Shown: piece by piece, positions 17,121-26,275 of the stretch | Numbering within the stretch: position 1 is the first letter of the stretch | Layout: the number at the start of each line of letters is the position of its first letter | Source of the DNA: a virus | Taxonomy: Duplodnaviria > Caudoviricetes | Strand: one strand, 5' to 3' | IMG/VR virus record: IMGVR_UViG_3300038393_001585 | Location: 709-64,708 of that record | Length of the DNA: 64,000 nt | Notes under the pieces: generated by a model | Seen by the model: only the letters and a program-made list of their open reading frames with translations | Told to the model about the DNA's origin: nothing | Databases searched by the model: none | Translations under genes and position numbers: made by a program

Positions 17121-17510
17121 ATGACGAAGCGTCTGACTCTCGCCGAGCAGCTGGCCTCGGACGAGAAGAACCTCCTCCTCGAGGACATCGTCCGCACCGA
17201 CGACTGGTCCCTGTTCCTCGTCCAGCAGGCCGTCCTCCATTTCGGTCTCGACCGTGACGAGTGGTCGTGCAACGACCTCCGCGACGTGCTGCCGGAGCTT
17301 GGGCAGGGCTTCCTCGGCGCCGCGATCAACTCCCTGCGGAACGCCGGGATCATCGAGCACACCGACCGCATGGTGCCGTCCACCCAGGTCAACACTCACG
17401 CGCACCGCATCGCCGTCTGGCGGCTCACCGAGAAGGGCCGCGGCATAGCCCTCGCCCGCCGCGCCGCCGCGGGCATCAAGGCCGGCATCGAGCAGAGGGA
17501 CGCCGCGTGA
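17121..17510 (+). CDS. Winged-helix-like hypothetical protein
   Basis: NDLRDVL...GAAINSLRNAGIIE...WRLT. Confidence 0.6.
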   Translation: MTKRLTLAEQLASDEKNLLLEDIVRTDDWSLFLVQQAVLHFGLDRDEWSCNDLRDVLPELGQGFLGAAINSLRNAGIIEHTDRMVPSTQVNTHAHRIAVWRLTEKGRGIALARRAAAGIKAGIEQRDAA

Positions 17511-17626
17511 GCCGCCGGATCGAACTCCCGCTGCGGGCCCTGGCCCTCGCCCTCCTCGCTGCCGGAGCGGTCGGCGGGGGAGCCTGCGCCGCCGTCGACC
17601 TCCTCATCCGCGGGAGGCGACCGTGA
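17507..17626 (+). CDS. Small hydrophobic protein
   Basis: GTGA overlap, single TM-like stretch. Confidence 0.45.
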   Translation: MSRRIELPLRALALALLAAGAVGGGACAAVDLLIRGRRP

Positions 17627-17811
17627 TGGACCGCCTGATCCTCGCCGCGCCCGCCCTTATACCCGCCATCGGACTCCTCGCCGTCGGTATCTGGGCCGTC
17701 CTCCACAGCATCTTCGGCCACCGGCCCCGCAACCCCGCCGACGACGACCTCAGGACCTGCCGCCGCATCAACGCACTGCCCACCACCCAGCCCCGGAAGG
17801 AGAAGCCGTGA
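17623..17811 (+). CDS. Small membrane protein
   Basis: N-terminal TM, GTGA overlaps. Confidence 0.55.
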   Translation: MMDRLILAAPALIPAIGLLAVGIWAVLHSIFGHRPRNPADDDLRTCRRINALPTTQPRKEKP

Positions 17812-18626
17812 CCACCGCCAAGCCGTTGCCGCCGCACGGCACCGACGCCCGCTACAAGGGCAACCGCACCGGCACCCGGCCTCCCTGCCGGTGCCCCCAC
17901 TGCACCCGCGCCCACCGCCGCGCCGACCTGGAACGCGAGCTCCGCCGGCAGCGCGGCGAACGCAACCTCGTCCCCCGCGAGGAAGTCCTGCCCCACATCC
18001 AGATGCTCCGCGCCAGCGGCATGAGCCAGACCCTCATCGCCCGCCAGGCCGGCGTCTCCCAGGCCGTCATCAGCTACATCACCACCGGCCGCAACAAGAC
18101 CGTCCAGACGGAGAAGGCCCGCCGCATCCTCTCCGTTCAGCCCCGCCGCTTCGACGGCAACGCCGAACGACCCGCGCTCGGCTCCATCCGCCGGGTGCGC
18201 GCCCTGTACAGCCTCGGGCACAGCCGTGCCGACATCTCCGCCCTTAGCGGTCTGAGCTTCGCCAGCATCAGCCTCCTCGCCGAAGGCCGCTGGAAGATCA
18301 TCGACAACCAGAAGGCCGTTGCTCTCGCCACCGCCTACCGGCAGCTCGCCAACCGGCGCGGCACCAACTGGAAGAACGAGCGCCGGGCCGTCACCGAGGG
18401 CTGGCACGGCCCGCTCGCCTGGGACGACATCGACGATCCGAACGAGCAGCCCGACACCGAGGGCGTCGTCAGCCTCAAGCGGCACAAGGCCGTCATCGAC
18501 CTCGAGCTGGTCGCCCGCCGCACCTCCCAGGGCCACACCGCCGAGCAGATCGCCGAAGAGATCGGCTGCCACAAGCGCAGCGTCGTCCGCGCCCGCCGCC
18601 GAGCCGAGATGGGAGTGGCCGCATGA
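17808..18626 (+). CDS. Zn-finger plus multi-HTH DNA-binding protein
   Basis: CRCPHC; GMSQTLIARQAGVSQ; PLAWDDIDDP; C-terminal HTH. Confidence 0.7.
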   Translation: MTTAKPLPPHGTDARYKGNRTGTRPPCRCPHCTRAHRRADLERELRRQRGERNLVPREEVLPHIQMLRASGMSQTLIARQAGVSQAVISYITTGRNKTVQTEKARRILSVQPRRFDGNAERPALGSIRRVRALYSLGHSRADISALSGLSFASISLLAEGRWKIIDNQKAVALATAYRQLANRRGTNWKNERRAVTEGWHGPLAWDDIDDPNEQPDTEGVVSLKRHKAVIDLELVARRTSQGHTAEQIAEEIGCHKRSVVRARRRAEMGVAA

Positions 18627-19486
18627 GCACCCGCCCCCACGGCTACGCCCGCTACCGCCTCGACGGATGCCGCTGCTACACCTGCGGCTGGGCCCGCGCC
18701 CAGTACGACGACAACCGCCAGCGAGCCATCCAGCGCGGCACTTGGCAGCCCCACGTCGACGCCGAACCCGTCCGCGTCCACATCCGGCACCTGCAGGCCT
18801 GCGGCATGGGCCTCCGCGCCATCGCCACCGCAGCCGGCATCGACCGCAAGCGCCTCCAGGCCATCCTCAGCGGCCGCACCGAACGCGGCACCGGCCCGCA
18901 GGAGAAGGTCCGCCCCGACCACGCCGCCGCCGTCCTCGCGGTGGAGCCCACGCTGGAGAACCTCGCGCCGTCCACGCTGATCAACCCGGTCGGTACCCGG
19001 CGCCGCATCCAGGCCCTCGTCGCCATGGGCTGGCCGCAGCAGCACCTCGCCGAGCGGCTGGACATGACCCCGTCCAACTTCGGGGCGATGATCCGCCGCG
19101 ACAACGTCCTCGTCCGCCGCGCGCTCGCCGTCCGCGCCCTCTATGACCAGCTGTGGCGAGCCAACCCGGCTCAGCACGGGGCCACGGCCGCTGGCATCAC
19201 CCGGGCCCGCAAGCTTGCCGCCGCCAACGGCTGGCCCCCACCTGCCGCATGGGACGACGACACCATCGACGACCCGGCCGCAACGCCACACACCGGAGAA
19301 GCGAAGCCTCTGAACCGGGACGAGCGGGCAGCGGTCCGCCGCGAAGAGATCAAGCACCTGAGCAGCTTCGGTCTCTCCGAAGACGAAATCGCATCGCGCC
19401 TCGACATGGGCCTCAGCACCGTCCGCGGCGTCCTGCAGGCACTCCGGACCGGGCAGCGCGGCGACCGCACCGAGGCCGCCGCGTGA
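18623..19486 (+). CDS. Zn-finger plus multi-HTH protein (paralog of previous gene)
   Basis: GCRCYTC; GMGLRAIA; RRRIQALVAMGW; PPAAWDDDTIDDP. Confidence 0.7.
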   Translation: MSTRPHGYARYRLDGCRCYTCGWARAQYDDNRQRAIQRGTWQPHVDAEPVRVHIRHLQACGMGLRAIATAAGIDRKRLQAILSGRTERGTGPQEKVRPDHAAAVLAVEPTLENLAPSTLINPVGTRRRIQALVAMGWPQQHLAERLDMTPSNFGAMIRRDNVLVRRALAVRALYDQLWRANPAQHGATAAGITRARKLAAANGWPPPAAWDDDTIDDPAATPHTGEAKPLNRDERAAVRREEIKHLSSFGLSEDEIASRLDMGLSTVRGVLQALRTGQRGDRTEAAA

Positions 19487-19596
19487 CCGCCGTGCCGTGC
19501 CGGCCGCGCGACCGGACCTAACAGCACCACACCAGCCACCGCACACGACAAAGGCCCCGCAACCGCGGGGCCCGGAGGAGAGGAGGGGAGATGCGA

Positions 19597-19815
19597 TCAG
19601 TCGGAGTCCGCGGCCTTGTCGACCAGGACGCGCTGCTCGCCGAGAGCCTCGAGGGCGCGCTCGTAGAAGTCCATGCCGACGATGACGGCGACGCGCTTCC
19701 CGCGGCTGGTCATGACGGTCGTCTCGTCGTAGTAGCGGGCGCGTTCGATCGCGTCGGCGAGCGAGTTGCGCACGTCGGCGATCTTCTCCTGGTGCTCCTT
19801 CTTGGGCGCGGTCAT
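19597..19815 (-). CDS. Phd/YefM-family antitoxin-like protein (solo)
   Basis: IADVRNSLADAIERA...TTVMTSRGKRVAVIV matches the Phd N-terminal fold. Confidence 0.8.
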   Translation of the reverse strand: MTAPKKEHQEKIADVRNSLADAIERARYYDETTVMTSRGKRVAVIVGMDFYERALEALGEQRVLVDKAADSD

Positions 19816-19822
19816 GTCGGCA

Positions 19823-19877
19823 GTGTACCTCACGATCATGATGTACATGAGCGCGTTGAGCGCTATGATGTACATGA
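19823..19877. promoter_or_regulatory. Phd/YefM-type operator
   Basis: ATGATGTACATGA twice (19838, 19865), each with an ATGTACAT palindrome. Confidence 0.7.
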
Positions 19878-19956
19878 ACGCTCGAACCTCCGGACCAAAT
19901 CGGTCCGCCCGATTCGTCACGCGCAGTCAAAAACACGCTTCCAAATTGAGGGACAA

Positions 19957-21288
19957 ATGGCCGTCTCCAAACGCCTCCGCTACGAAATCCTCCGCAGGGA
20001 CAACCACACCTGCAGGTACTGCGGAGCATCCGCCCCCGACGTCCCGCTGCGCGTCGACCACGTCACCCCGGTGGCGCTCGGTGGCACCGACGAGCCGGGC
20101 AACCTCGTCACTAGCTGCGAGCCCTGCAACAGCGGCAAGAGCAGCGCTAGCCCCGACGCTCACCACGTCGCCGAGGTTGCCGACGACGCCCTCCGATGGG
20201 CCGCCGCGATGAAGCAGGCCGCTGACGATCTGCGCGAGCAGCAGGCGCCGAAGCTCGCCTATCGGGAGACCTTCAGGCAGTCCTGGAGCAGTTGGACCCG
20301 GGAAGACGGATGGAAGACCGTGCACGTCGACCTTCCCGAAGGCTGGAAGGGCAGCCTCGACGCCTTCTACCAGGCCGGCCTGCCCCAAGAGGTCTGGCCC
20401 GACATCATCGAGAAGGCCATGACCAACCCGACGGTCAGGGCCGACAACACCTTCCGCTACGCCTGCGGCATCGCCTGGCGCATGGTCCGCGAACTTCAGG
20501 AGCGGGCGCGCGCGATCGTTGGCGCCGCTGCTGCGCCGGCCAAGACGGCTGACGGTGCTCTCAGCCCGATCGGGCAAGCCGCAGTTGACCGGTGGGTCCA
20601 TAACTGGACGTCCGATCTCGACGAGGCGCCTTCGGATGAGGAGCGCGCCGAGTTCACCCAGAGCCTCATTCAGCTTGAGGCGAGCAGCGAGTGGGTGGAC
20701 CCCAAGCAGCTCATTGCCGCGGCCGTCTTCGGCGGCTCCGAAGGGCTCTCGACCATCCAGGACGCGATGGCTGCCGCTACCGATCAGGGGCGTGCCGACC
20801 TCGTCATCGAGTGGTGCGACGCGTGGACCGATCTCGACGGGGCGGCTACGTACACCGAGCCGCCTGACGCGTTCCTCCTCAGCGTCGTTCAGAACCAGGT
20901 CGACGAGCTGGCAGACGGCGGCGTGTCGTTGGATCGCATCAGGCGCGCCGCGCTTCTGGCCGGCTACCACCACTCGTCAGAGCTTCACCACGGCTTGAGG
21001 GCAAGCGAGATCGAGGAGACGGGAGTCGACGCCTTCCGGCAGCGATCTGTCGACCTCTGGTCGCGCAGCTTCCGTGCGGGCGCCAACCGATGGCCTGAGC
21101 CCGACGAGCGAAGCGCATTCCTGGGCCACTACAACCGCGTGGCCGCAGACGGCAACTTCTACCTCAACGACATCCTTACTGCCGCCGGCGCAGCGGGTGC
21201 TTACCAGGACACAGACTTCACAACCTGCCTTCCGCGACACCTCTCCGTTCTGGAGATCGCTGCACAGCCCCTGGGTGGTGTCGCCTGA
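19957..21288 (+). CDS. HNH endonuclease-domain protein with long helical C-terminus
   Basis: RRDNHTCRYCG...VDHVTPVALGGTD...NLVTSCEPCNSGK. Confidence 0.85.
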   Translation: MAVSKRLRYEILRRDNHTCRYCGASAPDVPLRVDHVTPVALGGTDEPGNLVTSCEPCNSGKSSASPDAHHVAEVADDALRWAAAMKQAADDLREQQAPKLAYRETFRQSWSSWTREDGWKTVHVDLPEGWKGSLDAFYQAGLPQEVWPDIIEKAMTNPTVRADNTFRYACGIAWRMVRELQERARAIVGAAAAPAKTADGALSPIGQAAVDRWVHNWTSDLDEAPSDEERAEFTQSLIQLEASSEWVDPKQLIAAAVFGGSEGLSTIQDAMAAATDQGRADLVIEWCDAWTDLDGAATYTEPPDAFLLSVVQNQVDELADGGVSLDRIRRAALLAGYHHSSELHHGLRASEIEETGVDAFRQRSVDLWSRSFRAGANRWPEPDERSAFLGHYNRVAADGNFYLNDILTAAGAAGAYQDTDFTTCLPRHLSVLEIAAQPLGGVA

Positions 21289-21319
21289 TGACCCGCATCG
21301 TCAGCCCAGGGGAGATCTG

Positions 21320-22279
21320 ATGCCCTGGTTCAAGATCGACGACAAGGCGCACTCACACCCGAAACTGATCAAGGCCGGGAACGCCGCCCTCGGCTTGTGG
21401 CTGCGCTGCGGCTCCTACGCCGCCCAGCACCTGACCGACGGCATCGTCCCCGGCGTCGTAGCCGAGCTGTACGGCACCAAGCCCCAGGCGGCCAAGCTCG
21501 TCAAGGCCGGCCTCTGGCACGAGCACGGCCACGACTGCCCCGCCGGATGCCCCGACCCGGCCCCCGGCGACTACGCCTTCCATGACTTCCTCGACGACGG
21601 CCGCAACACCTCTCGCGCCCGCGCCGAGGCGGACCGAAAGAAGGCCCGCGACCGCCAGTCGAAGCACCGCGAGGGAACCCGCGGAGCCCAGAACGGCGAG
21701 CAAAACGAGGAAGAAACGAAGGACTTTACCTTCGATTCGTCCTCGAAAAAAAGTGAAAGTGCTTCGGAAAAATCCGAGTTCTCAGACTCCATCGCAGGTC
21801 AGCAGGGGTCGTCACGGCGTGACACTTCCGTCACGGGTATCCATGCCGGTGCCGCTCCTTACCCCAGTACTTCCTACGGAAGTACTGGTGCTGCAGGCGA
21901 GCAGCGATCGGCCGGCCTCCCCGACCCTCTTGCCGAGCTGAAGCGCGGCATCGCCAACGCCGGTCTCTCAGGCGTCGCCTGGGACCTCCGCGAGTCCGGC
22001 TGGGAGTACACCCGCCAAGCCATCGACCGCGTCGGTGTCGCCGCGATGGTCGCTCACGCCGTTAGCTCCGCCCGCCTCAAAGGCATGCCCGCCGGCGCCT
22101 CCGCCTGGGTGCAGGGCTGGCGAACCCTCGAGGCCCCCGAGCCGCAGGACGGCGTCTCGTACCTCCCCGCCGCTGTCGGCGGAGGTATCGCCCCTGCCAG
22201 CCGCCAGCAGCAAGAGACCAACGACCTGTTCGACCGCGCCATGCAGCGCGCCAAGTCCCGCATGCAGGAGGACCAGTGA
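21320..22279 (+). CDS. Phage replication initiator-like protein
   Basis: MPWFKIDD...HPK...ALGLW...LTDG...LVKAGLW N-terminus; internal A-rich linker. Confidence 0.7.
   Translation: MPWFKIDDKAHSHPKLIKAGNAALGLWLRCGSYAAQHLTDGIVPGVVAELYGTKPQAAKLVKAGLWHEHGHDCPAGCPDPAPGDYAFHDFLDDGRNTSRARAEADRKKARDRQSKHREGTRGAQNGEQNEEETKDFTFDSSSKKSESASEKSEFSDSIAGQQGSSRRDTSVTGIHAGAAPYPSTSYGSTGAAGEQRSAGLPDPLAELKRGIANAGLSGVAWDLRESGWEYTRQAIDRVGVAAMVAHAVSSARLKGMPAGASAWVQGWRTLEAPEPQDGVSYLPAAVGGGIAPASRQQQETNDLFDRAMQRAKSRMQEDQ
21700..21888. other. Putative replication origin inside the initiator gene
   Basis: A-rich tract at 21700-21790 and perfect hairpin CCAGTACTTCC-TAC-GGAAGTACTGG at 21864-21888. Confidence 0.4.
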
Positions 22280-22890
22280 CCCCCGACGAAACCGTGGTGC
22301 TCGCCCGCTACGTGCGGGCCTTGTGCCCCGGCCAGAAGTTCGACGAGTACACCCCCGACGCCTGGCACGACGTCCTCGCGGACTTCGCCCTCACCGACGC
22401 CCGTGCAGCCGCCGCTGCGGTGGCTCGCCGGCAGCCGTTCGTCAGCCCCGCCGAGATCATCGACGAGATCCGCAAGATCCGCGACGCGAGGGCCGACGGC
22501 TACCAGGGGCCCGGCCTGTCGGCTGAGATCCCGGACGCCGACCCCGACGACGTCCAGGCCTACCTGTCGGCACTTCGCGGCCTGCGCACCCGGGCCGGAG
22601 ACGGCCTGGAGATGAAGAAGCGCCCCATCGCCCAACTGCTGGCCGGTGTCGGCCGCGAAGTCCCCGGCGAAGTAGCCGCGGTGAAGCGGCCCGGCCCGCT
22701 CGGCGTCGAGTGCCCGAACTGCGGCGCCGCGATAGGTCGGCCGTGCCGGACGCCCGGCGGCAAGGAACGCCCCGCGCACTCGGCTCGCCAGAACGGCGGC
22801 GCCACCGACGAGCAGGCCGAGGTCGAACGCCGCAGGGCGGCTTCCGCCCGGCATCTCGCCCGCGTGCAGGACGAGGAGGCCGCGTCGTGA
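22276..22890 (+). CDS. Helicase loader/inhibitor-like protein with Zn finger
   Basis: YVRALCPGQKFDEYTPDAWHDVL...ARAA...FVSPAEI; CPNC...C...H. Confidence 0.6.
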   Translation: MTPDETVVLARYVRALCPGQKFDEYTPDAWHDVLADFALTDARAAAAAVARRQPFVSPAEIIDEIRKIRDARADGYQGPGLSAEIPDADPDDVQAYLSALRGLRTRAGDGLEMKKRPIAQLLAGVGREVPGEVAAVKRPGPLGVECPNCGAAIGRPCRTPGGKERPAHSARQNGGATDEQAEVERRRAASARHLARVQDEEAAS

Positions 22891-23210
22891 CCGCCGACTG
22901 GGAGCCCGAGCTCGAAGACATCAAGGCCATGCGCGCCGAGAACGGCGGCAGCGACCTGCGGGCGTTCATGCGGCAGCAGATCGCGGCCGGCAAGCAGCGA
23001 CGCGAGGCCAAGCCGAAGCCTGTCGTGCCGAAGCCGCCCGGTCACCGGCCCGGCGCCTGGCCGACCGGCTCCAGCCCGCCCGGCGCACCACCCGAGTGGC
23101 AGATCCCCGCCGACGTCTGGCGGCGAGCCACCCGCCACCACAGCAACGAGATCAACCGACCCGGCCAGCCCTGCGACTGCGGCGACTGCCCGCCCGAGGA
23201 GACCCGATGA
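22887..23210 (+). CDS. Hypothetical protein
   Basis: GTGA overlap; C-terminal CxCxxC. Confidence 0.55.
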   Translation: MTADWEPELEDIKAMRAENGGSDLRAFMRQQIAAGKQRREAKPKPVVPKPPGHRPGAWPTGSSPPGAPPEWQIPADVWRRATRHHSNEINRPGQPCDCGDCPPEETR

Positions 23211-23512
23211 ACCGTCCGCCCGCCGCCCCGATGCCGATCGAGGTCCGCAACCTGATGCGTGCCCGCCAGCACCCCGCCCGCGCCGTGGACTGCCCCCACT
23301 GCGGCGCCCACGACCGCGGCCCCTGCAAGACGATCTCCGGCCGCCGGCTCCTCACCACGCCGCACCCGGCCCGGGTGTCCGCCTGGGCCGAGGCGTCCGC
23401 CTGCTGCCCGCAGTGCCAGGTCACCCGCGGCGTGCCCTGCCACGAGGACGGTCGCGCCCGCTCGACGGTCCACGCACGCCGCTATCAGGAAGCCGAGGCC
23501 ACCGCCGCATGA
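23207..23512 (+). CDS. Double Zn-finger protein
   Basis: CPHC...C...H and CPQC...C...H. Confidence 0.7.
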   Translation: MNRPPAAPMPIEVRNLMRARQHPARAVDCPHCGAHDRGPCKTISGRRLLTTPHPARVSAWAEASACCPQCQVTRGVPCHEDGRARSTVHARRYQEAEATAA

Positions 23513-23739
23513 GCGCCTGGCACAAGGCCCGCGAGACCTGGACGACCGCCGACGACTACGACATCGAGCTCGTCGTCCACGATCGGCTCCCCGACTGGGG
23601 TCTCACCCGCCTCGGCCGGCGCATCGCTGCCCGGCAGCTCACCGAACGCAACGCGTCGGTCGACGAGATCTCCGAACTGATCGGCGTCGACCGCCGCACC
23701 GTCTACCGCTGGCGCGCCGAAGACCGACGCGCCGCCTGA
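23509..23739 (+). CDS. HTH protein
   Basis: SVDEISELIGVDRRTVYRW. Confidence 0.7.
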   Translation: MSAWHKARETWTTADDYDIELVVHDRLPDWGLTRLGRRIAARQLTERNASVDEISELIGVDRRTVYRWRAEDRRAA

Positions 23740-23785
23740 GCCGCCCCCGTCACCACCACCCGGCACACCCACAACGGAGACCCAC

Positions 23786-24265
23786 GTGAACCAGACCGCC
23801 ACCGCCGAGCAGCTACAGCCCCTCGCCCCACTCGCCCGCGTCATCGCCGACACCGTTCAGGCAACCCCGATCCGCCTCGGCACCCCGGACGGCGCCGTCG
23901 ACCTCATCCAGCAGCTGATCATCCGTGTCGCCGCCTACATGGGCAGCGAACTCCCCACCACCCCCGGCGTCGCCCGCCACATGGTCGAGGTCGACGGCGA
24001 ACGCCAGCGACAGCTCGCCAAGTGGGGCGAGCAGCACCACCCCGACGGCACCGGCATCACCGACGCTCAGCGCACGCTCGCCGATCAGGCCCGTGCCGCC
24101 TGCCAGCAGGCCTTCGCCGAAGGGCGCGGCAGCTGGGCGCACATCCTCATGGAGGAAGTCCGGGAGGCCTACGCCGAAGCCGACCCGGCCACCCTGCGCA
24201 CCGAGCTGGTGCAGTGCGCGGCCGTCATCCAGGCCTGGATCCACGACCTCGACAACCGCGCCTGA
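23786..24265 (+). CDS. MazG-like nucleotide pyrophosphohydrolase
   Basis: ERQRQLAKWGEQ...ILMEEVREAYAE...ELVQCAAV acidic motif. Confidence 0.65.
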   Translation: MNQTATAEQLQPLAPLARVIADTVQATPIRLGTPDGAVDLIQQLIIRVAAYMGSELPTTPGVARHMVEVDGERQRQLAKWGEQHHPDGTGITDAQRTLADQARAACQQAFAEGRGSWAHILMEEVREAYAEADPATLRTELVQCAAVIQAWIHDLDNRA

Positions 24266-24302
24266 CCTGTCTCAGGCCACCACCCGAAAGGACCCCCGCA
24301 CC

Positions 24303-24467
24303 ATGACCCAGCAGCCCCTCGACCTCGACCAGATCGAAGCCGACCGCGCCACCCTCAAGGCCGCCCCGCAGAACAGCGACGACTGGGACGACAAGACGTG
24401 GGCCGCCTGGTGGCGGACCGCCGAACGCGTCCACGGAGACGCCGCCGTGTCTTCCGCCCGGTCGTGA
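24303..24467 (+). CDS. Short hypothetical protein (possibly truncated)
   Basis: AAAGGA RBS; PLDLDQIEA start. Confidence 0.45.
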   Translation: MTQQPLDLDQIEADRATLKAAPQNSDDWDDKTWAAWWRTAERVHGDAAVSSARS

Positions 24468-24553
24468 CCACCCCGCAAGCAAGGCAGCCCGGGCGTGAGG
24501 AAAGCACGCCCGGGCCGGCCCCAGCCTCCCACACCACGACCGAAAGGACCGAC

Positions 24554-24874
24554 GTGACCCTGCTCCGTCGCGCCACCCTCGCAGGACTCGCCTACGCCGC
24601 CGAGTTCGTCGACCGATTCGGCTGGCACCCCTGCGGACCCGGCAGCCACCTCGACCTGTGGTCCCACCTCAACGTCGCCGCCGGGAAAGCCGCGCTGGAG
24701 TACGGCGAGCACGCCGACGACGTCAACGGCCTCATGGGCTACCTCCTCGCCCAGCACCTGGAAACCAACTGCTTCCACGACTGGGAGGCAGAACCCGGTC
24801 GAACCGCCGACGAGGTCCGCGCAGTGCTCATTGCCGCGGCCGGGCACACCGACCGCCTGCCGCACGCCGCCTGA
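24554..24874 (+). CDS. DUF6197-like protein (second copy)
   Basis: AAEFVDRFGW...WEAEPGRTADEVRAVL. Confidence 0.55.
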   Translation: MTLLRRATLAGLAYAAEFVDRFGWHPCGPGSHLDLWSHLNVAAGKAALEYGEHADDVNGLMGYLLAQHLETNCFHDWEAEPGRTADEVRAVLIAAAGHTDRLPHAA

Positions 24875-24912
24875 CCGCCCGCCCGCACCAGCCACCAGCC
24901 CTGGAGAACACC

Positions 24913-25614
24913 ATGACCGACCGCACCGAGACCGCCCCGGAGAAGACCGTCCGCGAGCACGTGACGACGCTGCACCTGATCGGCGAACAGCTCGCCCAGG
25001 TTGAGCACTGGATGTGGCAGCACCTGGCCGACGTCCGCGAAGCCGCCGCTCCTGCCGGCCCGGCGCCCGCCACCGACCGGGCGGCCGTCCTGCTGGAAGC
25101 CGCCGACGAGTTGGACCGGTACGTCGGCGAGCAGTCCAGTGATGCCGCCCCCGAGGTCTACGGAGCGCGCATGGTCATGCGAGAACTGCGTCGTCTGGCT
25201 GGCGAGGCGCAGCAGGACGAGCGCTGCACTCGCTGCACCCACCCGAAGCGCGACCACGACGGCCGCGCCGACCACCGCGCCAAGTACTCGCCCCTGGTCG
25301 CCGGGGAGCCGTGGTGCCACGCCTGCAACGCCGAGTGCGACTACGCCCGCGAGGCGCGGCAGGACCCGACACAGCGCAGGCCGGACATCCTGTCGCCGTT
25401 CAACGCGGACGCCGGGCCCGACGAAGGACGGCAGCCAGACGCCGCCGTGGCGCGGCCCGGCCAGCCCGAGACGGAGACGGAGGCGGTCGTCGTCCATGCC
25501 CGTCCCGAGCCGGGCGACAACGGCATCAGCCGCTGCTGCGGGCGCCCGCCCCACGAGTTCGTCGGCGAGCGCCTCACTCGGGACCCCGAGAAGGTCACCT
25601 GCCGAGGGGATTGA
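24913..25614 (+). CDS. Mosaic hypothetical protein with Cys motifs
   Basis: GGAG RBS; CxxCxH, CxxC and CCG motifs. Confidence 0.6.
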   Translation: MTDRTETAPEKTVREHVTTLHLIGEQLAQVEHWMWQHLADVREAAAPAGPAPATDRAAVLLEAADELDRYVGEQSSDAAPEVYGARMVMRELRRLAGEAQQDERCTRCTHPKRDHDGRADHRAKYSPLVAGEPWCHACNAECDYAREARQDPTQRRPDILSPFNADAGPDEGRQPDAAVARPGQPETETEAVVVHARPEPGDNGISRCCGRPPHEFVGERLTRDPEKVTCRGD

Positions 25615-25773
25615 CCGCAGTGTCGCCGGGGCCGCGTACCCCAGCGCGGCCCCACAGAAGCCGTCAGCGCCCGCCTGACGGCCTCACAGCCCCTCCGGCA
25701 CCCCCACCGGCGTCTGAGGGCGCCACAGGGCCCCACAGAGGCGTACAGAGCCCCGAACCGCGAAGGACCCGCC

Positions 25774-26067
25774 ATGACCCGCCCAACCACCCGCGCCCCC
25801 AAGCCCAACCAGCACGAGCGCGCCCAGCGCCAGGGCGCCATCGACGTCCTGCTGCAGCGCGCCCTCCGCGGGAAGCTCACCATCCCCGAAGCCGCCGTCC
25901 TCGCCGACTACGTGCGGGCCGAACGCCGCCTCGCCGACCAGACCCGGCTCTCCCTCGGCCACACCACCCGAACGCTGAACCTCCACCGGGCCGCTGCCGA
26001 CGCCGAGATACAGCGGCTCGAAGCACGCATCGCCGAACTCACCAGCCAGCAGCAGGAAGCCGCATGA
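25774..26067 (+). CDS. Coiled-coil hypothetical protein
   Basis: AAGGA RBS. Confidence 0.6.
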   Translation: MTRPTTRAPKPNQHERAQRQGAIDVLLQRALRGKLTIPEAAVLADYVRAERRLADQTRLSLGHTTRTLNLHRAAADAEIQRLEARIAELTSQQQEAA

Positions 26068-26255
26068 CCGCCGACCAGCTCACCCTCGGCGACTGCGACC
26101 CCATGTGGTCCGACTGGGACCAGCTCTGCCAGCGCGGCGCCGAGGAGCTCGCCGACCCCGTCGACCCGCGCTGGCGCGACCTCCGCCACCAAGGCCTCAC
26201 CGCCCGTCAGTACCACCGCATCGTCGACGTGCCCGTCGTCGGCGACTACCTGTAA
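26064..26255 (+). CDS. Hypothetical protein
   Basis: ATGA overlap. Confidence 0.55.
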   Translation: MTADQLTLGDCDPMWSDWDQLCQRGAEELADPVDPRWRDLRHQGLTARQYHRIVDVPVVGDYL

Positions 26256-26275
26256 GCCCCGCACCAAGGAGCACC

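Noticed and set aside
19486-19600. Cognate toxin for the Phd-like gene
   Set aside because: No RelE/Doc/PIN-like ORF adjacent on either side.
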